Source: Vicinamibacteria bacterium
Lineage (GTDB): Bacteria; Acidobacteriota; Vicinamibacteria; Marinacidobacterales; Marinacidobacteraceae
DNA length: 64,000 bases
Direction of reading: 5' to 3'
Assembly (NCBI GenBank): GCA_963422395.1
Contig: OY729431.1
Span: 544,001 to 608,000, forward strand
The notes under the pieces were generated by a model. It was given only the letters and a program-made list of their open reading frames with translations. It was not told the DNA's origin and did no database searches. The translations under genes and the position numbers were made by a program. Positions 37,427-46,889 of the stretch are shown here, one piece after another; the stretch's first letter is position 1, and every line of letters starts with the position of its first letter.

Positions 37427-38103
37427 CACGAAGCGTCGGCGAACAGCCGCTGCCGCAGCGCCTCCACCGACCGCTGCTCGCGCTCCAGATGCATCCGCCA
37501 GCCGAACAGCCAGAAGAAGAGGATCGTGAACGCGGCGAGGCAGACCAGCAGGGTGATCCACATGTCGGGATGCAGCCCGGAATCGGGACCGCCCATGATC
37601 ACCGGCGCCGGGTGCTGGGTACGCCACCAGCGGATCGAGAAGTACACGATCGGCACATCGGCGGCTCCCAGGATTCCGAGCGCCGCGGCGAGGTTGGCCC
37701 GCCGCGTCGGGTCGTCCACATAACTGCGCAGCATCAGGTAGCCGGCGTAGAGGAGCCAGAGGACGAAGGCAGTGGTGAGCCGGGCGTCCCAGGTCCACCA
37801 GATGCCCCAGGCCGGCTTCGCCCAGATCGTCCCCAGGAGCAGGCCTGCGGTAGTGAACAGCACTCCGATCTCGGCAGCGGCGACGGCGGCGGCGTCGTAG
37901 TGCGGCTTCCGGGTGCGGAGCCAGCCGATGCTCGCTCCGGCCACCACGAAGAAGGCGGCGAAGGCCAGCCACCACGACGCGAGATGGAAGTAGAACAGCC
38001 GCTGCACTTCCCCCATGGTCCGCTCGGTGGGGGCGAAGAAGAAGACCGCCCACAGCGCCGCCGCCATCGCGACCGCGGCGAGCCCGGCGCGGCGGAAGCT
38101 CAT
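37426..38103 (-). CDS. ccmC: Heme exporter / cytochrome c assembly protein C
   Basis: QRLFYFH, WAKPAWGIWWTWDARLT (WWD domain), WWRTQHP. Confidence 0.93.
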   Translation of the reverse strand: MSFRRAGLAAVAMAAALWAVFFFAPTERTMGEVQRLFYFHLASWWLAFAAFFVVAGASIGWLRTRKPHYDAAAVAAAEIGVLFTTAGLLLGTIWAKPAWGIWWTWDARLTTAFVLWLLYAGYLMLRSYVDDPTRRANLAAALGILGAADVPIVYFSIRWWRTQHPAPVIMGGPDSGLHPDMWITLLVCLAAFTILFFWLFGWRMHLEREQRSVEALRQRLFADAS

Positions 38104-38289
38104 GCGGCGGAAGAACCTCCGCTTCGCTCCCCGAGGGTTCGGTGGTTCATCGCACAGGGCAGCCCCTTTCGAGGGGGCGCCGGACTATACCCACCCGAGG
38201 GTTCCAGGCGGCGGCCGGTCGGTCCGATGCATGCATCGCCGCTTGCGGATAGCGCCGGAGGGTGGGCGGCGCGCCCTATACTCGGGCGG

Positions 38290-39129
38290 ATGCTGCGACA
38301 CCTCCCGAAGCGCTTGGGTGCGCTCCTCGCCGCTGTCGGCTTCCTGGTCGGTGCCGGAACCGCTGCGGCACAGCTGCTTCCGGCGTCCGCCGCTACCGCT
38401 CGCGACCGCCTGAACGCCTCGCCTCGTCACGGGGAGTGGGTCTCGGTCCCTGCCGGAGACGGCGATGCCGTGGAAAGCTGGATCGTCTATCCGGAGCGGT
38501 CGGACCCGGCGCCGGTGATCGTGGTCCTCCATGAGATCTTCGGACTCACCGACTGGATCCGGGCGGTGGCTGACGAATTCGCGGCCAACGGGTTCATCGC
38601 CGTCGCTCCCGATCTGCTGACCGGCAAGGGGCCGGCCGGCGGGCGAACCGATTCGGTGGACCGGGACGGGGCGGTCGCGCTCATCCGCGGCCTCGACGCC
38701 GGAGAGGTCCACGGCCGGCTGCAGGCGGTCGCGGCGTGGGCCACGGCGCTTCCCGCGGCCCGCACCGAGTACGGGATGGTGGGTTTTTGCTGGGGCGGGC
38801 GCACGAGCTTCGCCTATGCCGCGGGCGATCCGGATCTCGGCGCCGCGGTCGTGTACTACGGGACCTCGCCGGAGGAGGAGGCGCTCGCCGCCGTTGCCGC
38901 ACCGGTGCTCGGTCTGTACGGAGGTGATGACGCGCGGGTGAACGCGACGATCCCTGCCGCGCAGGACCGGATGGAGGAACTCGGCAAGGTATTCGAAGTG
39001 GAGATCTTCGAGGGCGCCGGGCATGGTTTTCTGCGGGCTCAGGAGGACCGCGAGGGCCGCAACCTGACCGCTGCCTCGCAAGCGTGGCCCCGCACCGTCC
39101 GCTTTTTCCGCCGGCACCTCGGTTCCTGA
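38290..39129 (+). CDS. Dienelactone hydrolase family protein (signal peptide)
   Basis: SPRHGEW, HEIFGL, GFCWGG, GAGHGF. Confidence 0.9.
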   Translation: MLRHLPKRLGALLAAVGFLVGAGTAAAQLLPASAATARDRLNASPRHGEWVSVPAGDGDAVESWIVYPERSDPAPVIVVLHEIFGLTDWIRAVADEFAANGFIAVAPDLLTGKGPAGGRTDSVDRDGAVALIRGLDAGEVHGRLQAVAAWATALPAARTEYGMVGFCWGGRTSFAYAAGDPDLGAAVVYYGTSPEEEALAAVAAPVLGLYGGDDARVNATIPAAQDRMEELGKVFEVEIFEGAGHGFLRAQEDREGRNLTAASQAWPRTVRFFRRHLGS

Positions 39130-39210
39130 ACCTGCTGACGGAGTCCGGGCAGGCCGCCGCCCTGTCCACCGCCCCGGAGAATCCGGACGGCGGCGGACCT
39201 CGCCGTCCGC

Positions 39211-40659
39211 TCAGCGGACCAGCGTGAAAGATCTCGCAGTCTCGTAGATCGCGCCGCGGTAGTGGATGCGGATCCCGAGTTCGTAGTTGCCGGGAGCGAA
39301 ACCGTCGAGCGCGATCTCGGCGTTGGCGGCAGCTTGGCGGGTGCTGGTCGGGATCGCTTCGGGAAGGATGAAGCCAGTGTCTCGTCCGTCGCGGCTGAGG
39401 GTGTATTCGGCCAGGATCTGCGGCAGTTCGCCGTCGTCCTCGCGCTCCCCGGGGTAGAAGAAGTAGAAAGCCCCCAGTGTCTCACCCTGCCGAAACACGG
39501 CGTTCGAGCGGGCCCGGAAGTGAGTCCGGCCGAACTGGAAAGCGCGTCCGGGAAGGGCGTTGCTGGTGAACTCGGAAGCGCCGAACTCGGTGGTGGTGGT
39601 CTCGTCGTAGAGGACCACGGTGGAAAAGCCGGGCTCGCTGTCCCGAAAGGCAGGAGCTTCGATCTCGATCGGTGCGGCGCCCCAGGCGTCGGACTGCTCG
39701 TCCACCACCCCGGCGAGCACGCGGTGCCGTCCGGGGGGCAGGATCAGCGAAGCCTCGAAACGGGCCGATCCGTCGGCGGCGTGGATCGCCGTATGGGCGG
39801 TCTCCCAGCGGAAGTTCCCGGAGCCGGGAGCCTCGCGGGCTTCTTCCCCGGCGACCGCCTTCGCGAAGACCGAGACCGCTGCCTGCCCGTCGGGAGCCGA
39901 AGCGAGGTGCCCCGCAGCGGTTTCGTAGAGAAGCGCCACATAGGTCGCTTCGTCGTTCCTGCGGAAGTAGGCGGGAGTCACCCGCAGCCCGAATCCGCCA
40001 TCTCCCGGGCCTTCCCGCGTGAGCCGCTCGAGCACCTGGCGGGCGCGCTTCGATCCCCCGGCAGGGAGGTTCGGAACGACGAGGCGCCCCTCCTCATCGC
40101 GTTCGAAGCCGATTTCGGGCCGCGCGATCAGCCGCCGACGCATCTCCTCGAGCTGTTCGTCCACCCGGGAGCGGTTTTCGAGCCACAGGCCGCCGTCCTC
40201 GTCGCGCAGGTAGTGCGCCTCGACGATCGACTCGACCCCTTGTTCGGGGTCGGCGGGAAAGACCCACAGCAGGCGCTCGGGAGTGGTATCCGTCGCCGGC
40301 TCCGAAAGGGTCTGGACCGGCATTCCGAGCAGCACGAAGACCCGCGCCCGGTCTCCGCCCCCGCCGTAGCCGCCGTCTTGGCCGAAGTTCCGCTCCGCGA
40401 GGCGCACCCGCCCGAGGTAGTGGTCGAGGATCTCGTTCTCGGGGGTTTCCGGCTGCGGGTCCCGCCGCATCCAGAACAGGCGGCGGAACGCTGCCCGATC
40501 GCCGCGGGACATCGCCTCGATCGAGGCGCGCCGTTCTTCGCGAGTCATGAGGAAGGACTCGAGCCAGCCCCGTTCGATTTCCGTGGGACGGTCTCCTTGA
40601 GCCTCGACGGAAATCGGGAGGAGGGCGAAGAACGAGACGGCGGGCAGGAGGCGAAGCAC
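39211..40659 (-). CDS. GWxTD domain-containing protein (divergent motif)
   Basis: FW..RDP.PETPENE....Y..RV..A...F then DRARVFVLLG.P; Ig-like C-terminus ending PGNYELGI. Confidence 0.75.
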   Translation of the reverse strand: MLRLLPAVSFFALLPISVEAQGDRPTEIERGWLESFLMTREERRASIEAMSRGDRAAFRRLFWMRRDPQPETPENEILDHYLGRVRLAERNFGQDGGYGGGGDRARVFVLLGMPVQTLSEPATDTTPERLLWVFPADPEQGVESIVEAHYLRDEDGGLWLENRSRVDEQLEEMRRRLIARPEIGFERDEEGRLVVPNLPAGGSKRARQVLERLTREGPGDGGFGLRVTPAYFRRNDEATYVALLYETAAGHLASAPDGQAAVSVFAKAVAGEEAREAPGSGNFRWETAHTAIHAADGSARFEASLILPPGRHRVLAGVVDEQSDAWGAAPIEIEAPAFRDSEPGFSTVVLYDETTTTEFGASEFTSNALPGRAFQFGRTHFRARSNAVFRQGETLGAFYFFYPGEREDDGELPQILAEYTLSRDGRDTGFILPEAIPTSTRQAAANAEIALDGFAPGNYELGIRIHYRGAIYETARSFTLVR

Positions 40660-40685
40660 GGCAGCAACCTAACGCGCGCGTCCGA

Positions 40686-40732
40686 AGGCGGAGAAGCGCC
40701 CGGAGGCGGAGAAGCGCCCGGAGGCGGAGAAG
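40686..40732. repeat. 18-bp tandem repeat (AGGCGGAGAAGCGCCCGG) x2.6
   Basis: Direct reading of the intergenic sequence. Confidence 0.9.
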
Positions 40733-40769
40733 TTCGCGCGGCCGCTCGCGAAGGACGCGCTGGCGCGGA

Positions 40770-41261
40770 TCAGCCGCCGGTTGGTTTCGGGACCGGACGC
40801 TCCTTGAACTCGAACTCCTGCTGGCAACACCAGCAGGGTCCCGGAAGGTGGGAAGTGATGTTGCAGGTGAAGCAGAAGTAGTAGGGCTCGATCGCCTGGC
40901 CGTTCTGGATCGTGTGCAGGTGGATGATCTTCCCGAGTCCTTCCTCCCGCCAGAGGGTCACTTCGAGAGGATGGCGGTTCACCCGGGGATCGGTCAGGAT
41001 TTCCACGCGGGGATCCGACGGATCGAGCGGGTGGACCGTTCCGTCCGCTGCCTCGATCCCGAACGCTTCACCGAACGAGCAGCCCTCGACCGGAACGGGT
41101 TGCCCCTCCCGGAGGCAGACCGCGCGTCCGGCCACGGTGACCTCGACCTCTTCCGGGACCGGGGGGACCTTCCCCGAATCCGGCCCGGACGGCGCGGCGG
41201 CGGCACCCACCCCGCCCGCCGCGAGCAGCACCGCCGCCGCGGCCCTTCGCACGAACCCCAC
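40770..41261 (-). CDS. Secreted protein with C-terminal Cys-rich (heavy-metal-binding-like) motif
   Basis: Signal peptide; YYFCFTCNITSHLPGPCWCC. Confidence 0.7.
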   Translation of the reverse strand: MGFVRRAAAAVLLAAGGVGAAAAPSGPDSGKVPPVPEEVEVTVAGRAVCLREGQPVPVEGCSFGEAFGIEAADGTVHPLDPSDPRVEILTDPRVNRHPLEVTLWREEGLGKIIHLHTIQNGQAIEPYYFCFTCNITSHLPGPCWCCQQEFEFKERPVPKPTGG

Positions 41262-41339
41262 GAACACGATTCTAGCAATCTGTGGAAAAAGGGGCGCGGG
41301 CAGGGGATGGCCGCTCCCGGGCTCTTCAAGGCCGGCGGA

Positions 41340-43526
41340 TCAGCCCGGCGACCAGTACCAGGTGGCCTTTACCAGGAGTTCGCGGCGGTCCGGCTCCGCA
41401 GCGTCCGCGAACAACGAGCGGCGTTCGGTGTACACCAGGTAGAGGTCGCTCCCCGGCGCGTAGGTCCAGCGCAGCTGGATGTTTCCCGAGAAGTTGTCGT
41501 CCTCGGCGTCGCGGTTCCATTGCAGCAGGCCGCGGATATAGGCGTCCGGCGAGAGTGCGGCGAACCCGCGGAGGATCAACAGATTCGTGTCGAAGGCGCC
41601 GCCGGGCTGCGGCAGCCGGATTTCACTCCGCGAGTAGTTCCAGCGAAAACGCACGCGGGGATGCGGCCGGAAAGCGATCCCGGGGGAGAACACGCGGAGC
41701 GTGCCGCCGAAGAAGCCACTCGTCATCGTGAACAGATTTCCCGAGAGCCTCCGGCTCTCCGAGGACTCGAACATGCCGACCAGCTGCCGGGTCACATATT
41801 CGCCGGCTTCGATCACCACTCCCTCGCGGAGCGAGAACGACTCCGAGAGCCCCTCGACGGACCGACCGACATTGAAGAACGCACTGCTGCCGTTGTCGAA
41901 CAGGAGGTATGGGCCGATCGCGACATTCTGCGTCTGCACCGTGCCGTCGGTTTCGCTGATCCGGAGGAAGTCGGGGCCGAAAAAGATCTGGCGGATGCCG
42001 AATCGGCCCGGCCGCGGGTTCCACAGCCCGTTCACCTTGATCTTGCGGATTCCGGTGCGCGGCACGAAACCCAGTTGCGACTCGAACCCCTCTCCGATGT
42101 CGGTGTAATCGGCGCTGAGCAGCCAGCGGTCGTTCGTCGCTTCGGCGTGGAGGCCGAAGGCGGACTCGCGCCCTTCGGCGCCTTCGGTCGCGCTTTTCGC
42201 GGCGAAGCCGTTCACGCGGGCGGCCCCGGCGGGCGCCCAGGAGAAATCGGCGGCGGCGAGCCGGTGGGATCCGACTCCGGTTTCGCTGCGGTCGAGGGCC
42301 AGCACTCCGATCGAGCTTCGCGCCAGCACATCGCGCCGCAGCCGCAGCGCGGAAAAACCGGTGGCTCCGGTTTCGCCGGCAAGCTCTTCCTGCCGGATGT
42401 GGAAGGCGCCGACATCGGTTGCCCCCAGTTTGCCGGTGAGGCGGGCGCCGCCGAGGATCGGCACGATCTCGCCGTCGTCGGAGAGGCCGATGCGGCGGCT
42501 GAAGAACAGGAGCATCTGCGGGGGCTCGAAGGGAAGGCTGGTTTCCCCGACCTGGAAGAGCCCGGCGTTCTCGAGGAAGAAATCGCGCTGTTCAGGGAAG
42601 AAGAGCTCGAAACGGGTCAGGTTGACCTGCTGCTCGTCCGCCTCGACCTGCGCGAAATCGGTGTTCACCGTGACATCGAGATTCAGATTCGAACCGAGCG
42701 CGACCTTGGCGTCCAGCCCGCCGTCCAGGGTCCCTTCGCGCTCGCCGCCGCTGCTGCGGATTCCCGATACCCCGAACGGCTTCAGCTTCAGCCGGCCGCC
42801 GGGTTCGGCGTGTTCGAGCCCGGTGAGCAGGCCGTAGGCGGAGATCCGCCACATCGCGTTGAATCCCCAGTCGTTGGAAATCGGCGCCCAGAAGGTCTGC
42901 TCGCGGGTGCGCGCGACCTGCCGGCCGAAGTTGACGCCGAACTCGGCGGCACCCGCGGGGAAACGGAGAGTTTCGAAGGGGATCACGATTTCGGTGCTCC
43001 ATCCGCTCTCGGTGCGCCGCGATCCGACCTGCCACACGCCGTCCCATTCGGTGTTCAGATCGGCCCCCTCGTTTTGCACCAGTCCGTCCTTGCGGGTGCC
43101 GGCGGCGTTCGTGGTGAAGAAGAAAGCGTTCCGGTGGTCGTGGTAGGTATCCAGGACGACCGTGAAGTTGTCGTCGGAGTCGAGGTTCGCGTCGCGGCGA
43201 TATTCCCTCGCCACCACCCGGTCGGGGTGGGAGTCTTCGAGACGGGCGCCGATCACCAGCGCGTCCCGGGTGTAGAAGACGAACACTTCGGTGGGGAGGG
43301 TCGCCGCCGCTCCTTCGCGCGGTTCGGCCTGGATGAAGTCCCGGGCAACGCCGGCGCGGGTCCACAGCGGCTCTTCGAGGCGGCCGTCGACCAGCGGAAG
43401 CACTTCGAGGAGAGGGGCGGCGAGAGAACGCGGGTGCGCCGGCGCGGCAGCGGGAGACGCCCCCGCAAGACCCGCCGGGGCAGCGAGCAGCCAGGCGAGT
43501 GCGGTGCGGCGGGCTCGCGGGCTCAC
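41340..43526 (-). CDS. CBM9-like + DUF5916 outer-membrane protein (second paralogue)
   Basis: VDGRLEE..W, LDTYHDHRN, NTDFAQVEADEQQVNLTRFELFFPEQRDFFLE; GTG overlaps the ccmB stop. Confidence 0.85.
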   Translation of the reverse strand: MSPRARRTALAWLLAAPAGLAGASPAAAPAHPRSLAAPLLEVLPLVDGRLEEPLWTRAGVARDFIQAEPREGAAATLPTEVFVFYTRDALVIGARLEDSHPDRVVAREYRRDANLDSDDNFTVVLDTYHDHRNAFFFTTNAAGTRKDGLVQNEGADLNTEWDGVWQVGSRRTESGWSTEIVIPFETLRFPAGAAEFGVNFGRQVARTREQTFWAPISNDWGFNAMWRISAYGLLTGLEHAEPGGRLKLKPFGVSGIRSSGGEREGTLDGGLDAKVALGSNLNLDVTVNTDFAQVEADEQQVNLTRFELFFPEQRDFFLENAGLFQVGETSLPFEPPQMLLFFSRRIGLSDDGEIVPILGGARLTGKLGATDVGAFHIRQEELAGETGATGFSALRLRRDVLARSSIGVLALDRSETGVGSHRLAAADFSWAPAGAARVNGFAAKSATEGAEGRESAFGLHAEATNDRWLLSADYTDIGEGFESQLGFVPRTGIRKIKVNGLWNPRPGRFGIRQIFFGPDFLRISETDGTVQTQNVAIGPYLLFDNGSSAFFNVGRSVEGLSESFSLREGVVIEAGEYVTRQLVGMFESSESRRLSGNLFTMTSGFFGGTLRVFSPGIAFRPHPRVRFRWNYSRSEIRLPQPGGAFDTNLLILRGFAALSPDAYIRGLLQWNRDAEDDNFSGNIQLRWTYAPGSDLYLVYTERRSLFADAAEPDRRELLVKATWYWSPG

Positions 43527-44200
43527 TCCTCGAGGACGAATTCGAAAACCATCCATGACGCAGCGAAGAATGCGGCAGCGGCGAGTGCCAGGAACGCCAC
43601 CGCGTCCCCGACCGGCTCGCCCGCCATCGCCGAACCGAGACCGGAGACGCCGGCGATGAGCAGCGGCGCCGCCAGTGGAAACAGCAGGATCGGCAGCAGC
43701 ACTTCGCGCATCGTGGTGGAGACGCAGATCGCCGCCACCGCGACCCCGAGAGACATGAAGCCGAGCGAGCCGCAAAAGAAGATCGCGCCGAGCGCGAGTA
43801 CCCCCTCTACGCCTCGGCCCCCCGCCAGGTTCGCCGCGAAGAGCAGTTCGTAGAGCAGCGCCACCGGGATCTGTACGACGAACAGGAGGAGAGTTCCCGA
43901 AGCCAGCTTGCCGAAATAGATCGCGGCGCGGTCCGCGGGACCCATCATCAGCCCGTGGAGCGCCATCGCCTCGGTCTCCGGGGCGAAGCTGCGGTAGAGC
44001 CCGAGCGTTCCCGCGAGCAGGAACGCGGTTTCGAGAACGCCCGGAGCGAGCGCCGGGTCGCTGTCGAGCCCGAGAGCCAGATGCATCACCAGCAGGATGA
44101 GTGCGGAGAACAGGAACATCGCCGGAAGCCGCTCCCGCGAACGCAACTCGCCGAGCAGGTCCTTGCCGGCGACGGCGAGGGCCGCGTCGAGGACCTTCAC
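43523..44200 (-). CDS. ccmB: Heme exporter permease B
   Basis: KDL..ELRSRE, IYFGK, REVLLPILLFPL..PLLI, FEFVLEE. Confidence 0.9.
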   Translation of the reverse strand: MKVLDAALAVAGKDLLGELRSRERLPAMFLFSALILLVMHLALGLDSDPALAPGVLETAFLLAGTLGLYRSFAPETEAMALHGLMMGPADRAAIYFGKLASGTLLLFVVQIPVALLYELLFAANLAGGRGVEGVLALGAIFFCGSLGFMSLGVAVAAICVSTTMREVLLPILLFPLAAPLLIAGVSGLGSAMAGEPVGDAVAFLALAAAAFFAASWMVFEFVLEE

Positions 44201-44922
44201 GAAACGCCGTTCCGCGCCTCCCGGAAACCACCCGATACCGCCGCGGCGTACGCCGCCGCGATTTCCGCCCGGTTCGCTCCCGGATCGTCGGCCGCCACCC
44301 TGCCGCCCGACAGGACCACCGCCCGGTCGCACACGGCGAGGCCGCGTTCGAGGTCGTGGGTGGCGACCAGCACCGCGGCGCCGCGCTCCCGCGCTTCGGC
44401 GAGGAGCCGGAGGAGCCGGTCGCGGGCCCCGCCGTCGAGCCCGGCGAACGGCTCGTCGAGCAGCAGCAGGCTGGGCTGATGGAGGAGCGCCCGCGCGAGC
44501 GAAACGCGCTGCGCGGTGCCGCGGGAGAGGAGGCGGGCCGGGGCGTTCGCTACCCGGAGCAGTCGGTGCCGGTGGAGCAGCTCGTCGAGATCGACTTCGG
44601 CTCGGTGGAGCCGGCGGTGGAAGCTGAGGTTTTCCCGGACGGTGAGTTCGGGATAGAGGAGCGACTCGTGCGAGGCGTAGCCGATCCGGCCGCGGACTTC
44701 GGGGAGCGCTTCGGCTGCCCGAACGCCGCGGTAGAAGAGCGCGCCCGCCGAGGGCCGCAGGAGGGTGGCCGCCATCCGGAGGAAAGTCGTTTTTCCGGCG
44801 CCGTTCTCGCCGAGCAGGCAGACCCCTTCGCCGGCGCCGAGCGAGAGGCTGACTTCGTGGACCACGGGCGTGTCCCGGACCCGGCGAGAGAGCCGTTCGG
44901 CTCGAAAGATCTCTCGAGCCAC
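44197..44922 (-). CDS. ccmA: Heme exporter ATP-binding protein A
   Basis: GENGAGKTT, LYPELTVRENL, LSRG..QR, LLLLDEPF; adjacent to ccmB. Confidence 0.88.
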   Translation of the reverse strand: MAREIFRAERLSRRVRDTPVVHEVSLSLGAGEGVCLLGENGAGKTTFLRMAATLLRPSAGALFYRGVRAAEALPEVRGRIGYASHESLLYPELTVRENLSFHRRLHRAEVDLDELLHRHRLLRVANAPARLLSRGTAQRVSLARALLHQPSLLLLDEPFAGLDGGARDRLLRLLAEARERGAAVLVATHDLERGLAVCDRAVVLSGGRVAADDPGANRAEIAAAYAAAVSGGFREARNGVS

Positions 44923-44930
44923 GGCCCCGG

Positions 44931-46094
44931 TCAGCGGGCCGGCCCGGGACGCGGCGAGCTGCCGCCGCCCAACCCGCGGTGGAGCAGGCCGAACCCCAGC
45001 GCGGCCGCCATCAGCAGGGCGATCGCCCACTTCGAGGCGCGGCCACGATCGGGAAGCAGGCCGATGGTTCCGACCGCGGAGCCGCCGCCTTCGGGTTCGG
45101 CGGCGAGCGGCGGGAGCGGCCGACCCGAGGGCTGCCCCGGGGCCTCGGTCGGAGCGGGCAGCGATCCGCCGCTGAAGACCAATCCGAAGGCCTCGCCCGC
45201 CGCCACCTCGAACTTCCGCGCTCCGGTGATACCGGCGGCTTCGTCGGGGCCGAGGAGCTCCCAGCCGGGAGGCGCGCCGGGGGGGATCTCGATCCGGACA
45301 TCCGCGGGGGAAGCGAAGAGCAGCACTTCGGGGCTGGCGCGCGGGGCGACGAGCGCCGCCTCGTACCGCTCTCCCTGGTAGCGGACCTGGTAGGAGAGCA
45401 CGACTTCGGTCGTGCCGGGCTTGAAGGCGGTGCGGATCGCGTAGTCGCCATCGTCTCCCACCGGGAAACTGCTCTGCGGCACCGGCATCCCGGTCTGCCC
45501 GGTGGCGTTCACCATCGGCACCTCGAGGAGCAGGGCCGCCGGCGGCAGCCGGAAACGGAGGGTCTCGCTGTCGCTCGTGAAGGTGCGGGGCGGATCGGTG
45601 CGGTTTTCGACGATGAAGATGTGATCCACCCGGAGCGCGTCCGCCGGGCCGGGCAGGCGGCGGTAGAGCGCCCGCCAGGTGGTCAGGCCGATCTCCGGCT
45701 CCTCCCAGGTGCCGAACGGTTCGTACACCGTCAACACCGTCGGGGCGGCCTCGCCGCTCCCGTCGGGTTCGAGCCGCAGCGGCTGGTTGTAGTTGACGCC
45801 GCGATAGGTGGCCTGCAGGAGGAAGGGTCGGGCATCTCCGGGGGGCGCTTCGAGAACCTCTTCGGGGCCGGCATCCGGAAGCGAAGCGACCGGTTCCATT
45901 CCCTCGCCGAGCCGGTAGAGGGTCAGCAGCTCGGCCGATCCCGGTCCTCCGGAAGTCCCGTTCACCAGGCGCACCCGCACCGGGCCTGCCTGAGCCGTGA
46001 ACGGCAGGGTAGTGAGCAGCGGCAGGGTAGTGAGCAGCGTCAGGGTGATCCGCCGCCGGGCGAGGAGGGGTGCCGTGAGTCCGGGGGGGCGCAT
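44931..46094 (-). CDS. Secreted, C-terminally membrane-anchored hypothetical protein of the ccm cluster
   Basis: Signal peptide (contains an 18-bp repeat, LLTTLP x2), NGTSG.P, YRGVNY, C-terminal TM helix. Confidence 0.7.
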   Translation of the reverse strand: MRPPGLTAPLLARRRITLTLLTTLPLLTTLPFTAQAGPVRVRLVNGTSGGPGSAELLTLYRLGEGMEPVASLPDAGPEEVLEAPPGDARPFLLQATYRGVNYNQPLRLEPDGSGEAAPTVLTVYEPFGTWEEPEIGLTTWRALYRRLPGPADALRVDHIFIVENRTDPPRTFTSDSETLRFRLPPAALLLEVPMVNATGQTGMPVPQSSFPVGDDGDYAIRTAFKPGTTEVVLSYQVRYQGERYEAALVAPRASPEVLLFASPADVRIEIPPGAPPGWELLGPDEAAGITGARKFEVAAGEAFGLVFSGGSLPAPTEAPGQPSGRPLPPLAAEPEGGGSAVGTIGLLPDRGRASKWAIALLMAAALGFGLLHRGLGGGSSPRPGPAR

Positions 46095-46396
46095 CACCCG
46101 GACTTCTCCCCGCCGGGTCCGGTCCCGTCCCGCGCCTCGAGCTGGCGGGTCACCGAGGCCGCTTCGACGAGTAGCTGCCGGCGGCTCGTTCGGTGTTCTC
46201 CCTCGGCGATCTTGCCCGCGTCCCGTTCGAAATCGAGTTCGGCGAGCGCGGCGAGGAGCTGGTCGCGCTTCTCCATGAGCCGCAGCGCGGTGCGGTCCGA
46301 TCCGGTCGGCCCTCCGGATTCTGTTCTGCCGAACACCGGCTGCAGCACGAATGCGGTGGCGGCGGCGGCGATTCCCGCGAGCAGGAACACGATCAC
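46094..46396 (-). CDS. CcmI N-terminal-like small protein
   Basis: TM helix then L.ELDFER..GKI.E.E. Confidence 0.7.
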   Translation of the reverse strand: MIVFLLAGIAAAATAFVLQPVFGRTESGGPTGSDRTALRLMEKRDQLLAALAELDFERDAGKIAEGEHRTSRRQLLVEAASVTRQLEARDGTGPGGEKSG

Positions 46397-46422
46397 GGCG
46401 GACTACCCGGGAGAGTCCCGGT

Positions 46423-46887
46423 TCAACGGATCTCGGAGACTTCCCGCTCGATCCGCGCAATCAGCTCGGGCGGGAGGTCGGTCTCGGCGATCTCCGCGGC
46501 GGGCGTCCGCCGCCAGCGGCGCAGCAGGAAGACCGCGAGGAGCGCCCCGCCGGCCAGAAAGACGAACGGCAAGACCCATGCCGAGAGGTGGAATCCGGTC
46601 GCCGGCGGCGCTGCCAGGATGGCCAGCCCATAGCGGTCCCGGAACATCTCGATGACCGAGGCGGGGGTGTCGCCGGCCTGGAGCCGCTCGGCGATCTCCT
46701 CCCGGATCGGGTTCGAGGAGGGGCAGCGGTCCATGGCGCATTCGAGCACCAGGGCGGTGCAGCCTCCGCACTGGCAGACGAGGGCGCGGCCGACGGCGCG
46801 GTAGTCCCCGGTGTTGTAACGGTCCTGGACGAATGCGGGGCCGGAGAGGAGGAGGGAAACCGCGGCGGCGGCGAACGAAAGGCGCAT
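46423..46887 (-). CDS. ccmH: Cytochrome c biogenesis protein CcmH
   Basis: LVCQCGGC, R..I...L..G, YG..IL..PP..GF...AW.LP. Confidence 0.85.
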   Translation of the reverse strand: MRLSFAAAAVSLLLSGPAFVQDRYNTGDYRAVGRALVCQCGGCTALVLECAMDRCPSSNPIREEIAERLQAGDTPASVIEMFRDRYGLAILAAPPATGFHLSAWVLPFVFLAGGALLAVFLLRRWRRTPAAEIAETDLPPELIARIEREVSEIR

Positions 46888-46889
46888 TT

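Noticed and set aside
40848-43853. Very long opposite-strand ORFs (also 15476-17995, 31202-33931, 55405-58734)
   Set aside because: Typical stop-poor antisense frames of high-GC coding DNA; no motifs
46001-46046. 18-bp tandem duplication
   Set aside because: In-frame slippage within a signal peptide (LLTTLP x2); no evidence of function
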